Below, one piece after another: positions 63,555 to 64,000 of a stretch of 64,000 nt of DNA. The notes under the pieces are model-generated. The model made no database searches. It was given only the letters and a program-made list of their open reading frames with translations, and was not told the DNA's origin. The stretch is from a bacterium (lineage in GTDB: Bacteria; UBA8248). The DNA lies in assembly GCA_965213685.1 (NCBI GenBank), contig CBDBZY010000018.1:608001-672000 (forward strand). Direction: 5' to 3'. A program made the position numbers and the translations under genes. The first letter of the stretch is position 1. Each line of letters starts with the position of its first letter.

Positions 63555-64000
63555 GATCCCTAGCGGGATTCTGACGGCACATACAGAGTGATATTGAGAA
63601 TTGTGAGGGCTGGCTGTCACACGGTGGCCATAGCTCAGGTGGTAGAGCACTGACAGCTAAAGTCAGAGGTCCCCGGTTCAATCCTGGGTGGCTGCCAGTT
63701 TTTCACGGTTCTCTAAAATATTCCCAAGCCTTTCCTCATGTATAACGTAGCTTGTGTGTTGTGTTCAGTGGCTCCCTAGAGGGAGACCCAGCTTCACATG
63801 CTCTGCTATGAATACATGTATTTCACTCAGTGTGGCTCCTCCCCTGATGGAGAGGAGTTACTGGTTGATCCCTAGCACATACAGACTGATATTGAGAATT
63901 GTGAGGGCTGGCTGTCACCCAGTGGCCATAGCTCAGGTAGTAGAGCACTGATAGCTAAAGTTAGAGGCCCCGGTTCTATCCCGAGTGGCTGCCAGTTTTT
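63555..64000 (+). mobile_element. Two tandem copies of tRNA-derived SINE family B
   Basis: gtggccatagctcaggt(g/a)gtagagcactga..agctaaagt..gagg..ccccggttc..atcc..gtggctgccagttttt at ~63624-63703 and ~63923-64000; A and B boxes recognisable. Confidence 0.8.

Noticed and set aside
63623-63696. Possible amber-suppressor tRNA (loop AGCTAAA, CUA at anticodon position) that could read through the IDE-like TAG
   Set aside because: No U33, loops differ among copies (CTT in the copy near 42000), copies share non-tRNA flanks, and the IDE-like gene also has TGA, TAA and frameshift lesions. Treated as a SINE.

Overview
Intron-rich, repeat-dense animal genomic DNA. The pervasive TACATG/CATGTA tracts, the tRNA-SINE and MITE families and the ROC-COR/ZU5/death gene suggest a demosponge, but that assignment is inference. 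Most ORFs in the supplied track are microsatellite artefacts. Hand-splicing gives five gene or gene-remnant loci. (1) A multi-exon Kelch-repeat gene (- strand, 6600-11386). (2) A ~17 kb insulysin/IDE-like M16A peptidase gene (+ strand, ~34844-52158), rich in N-glycosylation sequons but carrying several stops and frameshifts, so probably a pseudogene; stray copies of its exons lie upstream. (3) A collapsed biotin-protein ligase (HLCS-like) pseudogene (- strand, 53286-54218). (4) An apparently intact ROC-COR GTPase - ZU5 - UPA-like - NLS - death-domain gene built from phase-1 modules (- strand, 58169-62540, 5' end not located). (5) A decayed LRR-gene 3' end duplicated at the window start. Mobile DNA includes two L2/CR1-type LINE fragments, a CRE-like retrotransposon nested in a Tc1/mariner MITE, Crypton- and Helitron-like relics, many MITEs and two tRNA-derived SINE families. 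Two copies of a minimal type I hammerhead ribozyme are also present. Roughly 12-22 kb and 25-34 kb form an old segmental duplication. All coordinates and translations were derived by eye; no searches were run.
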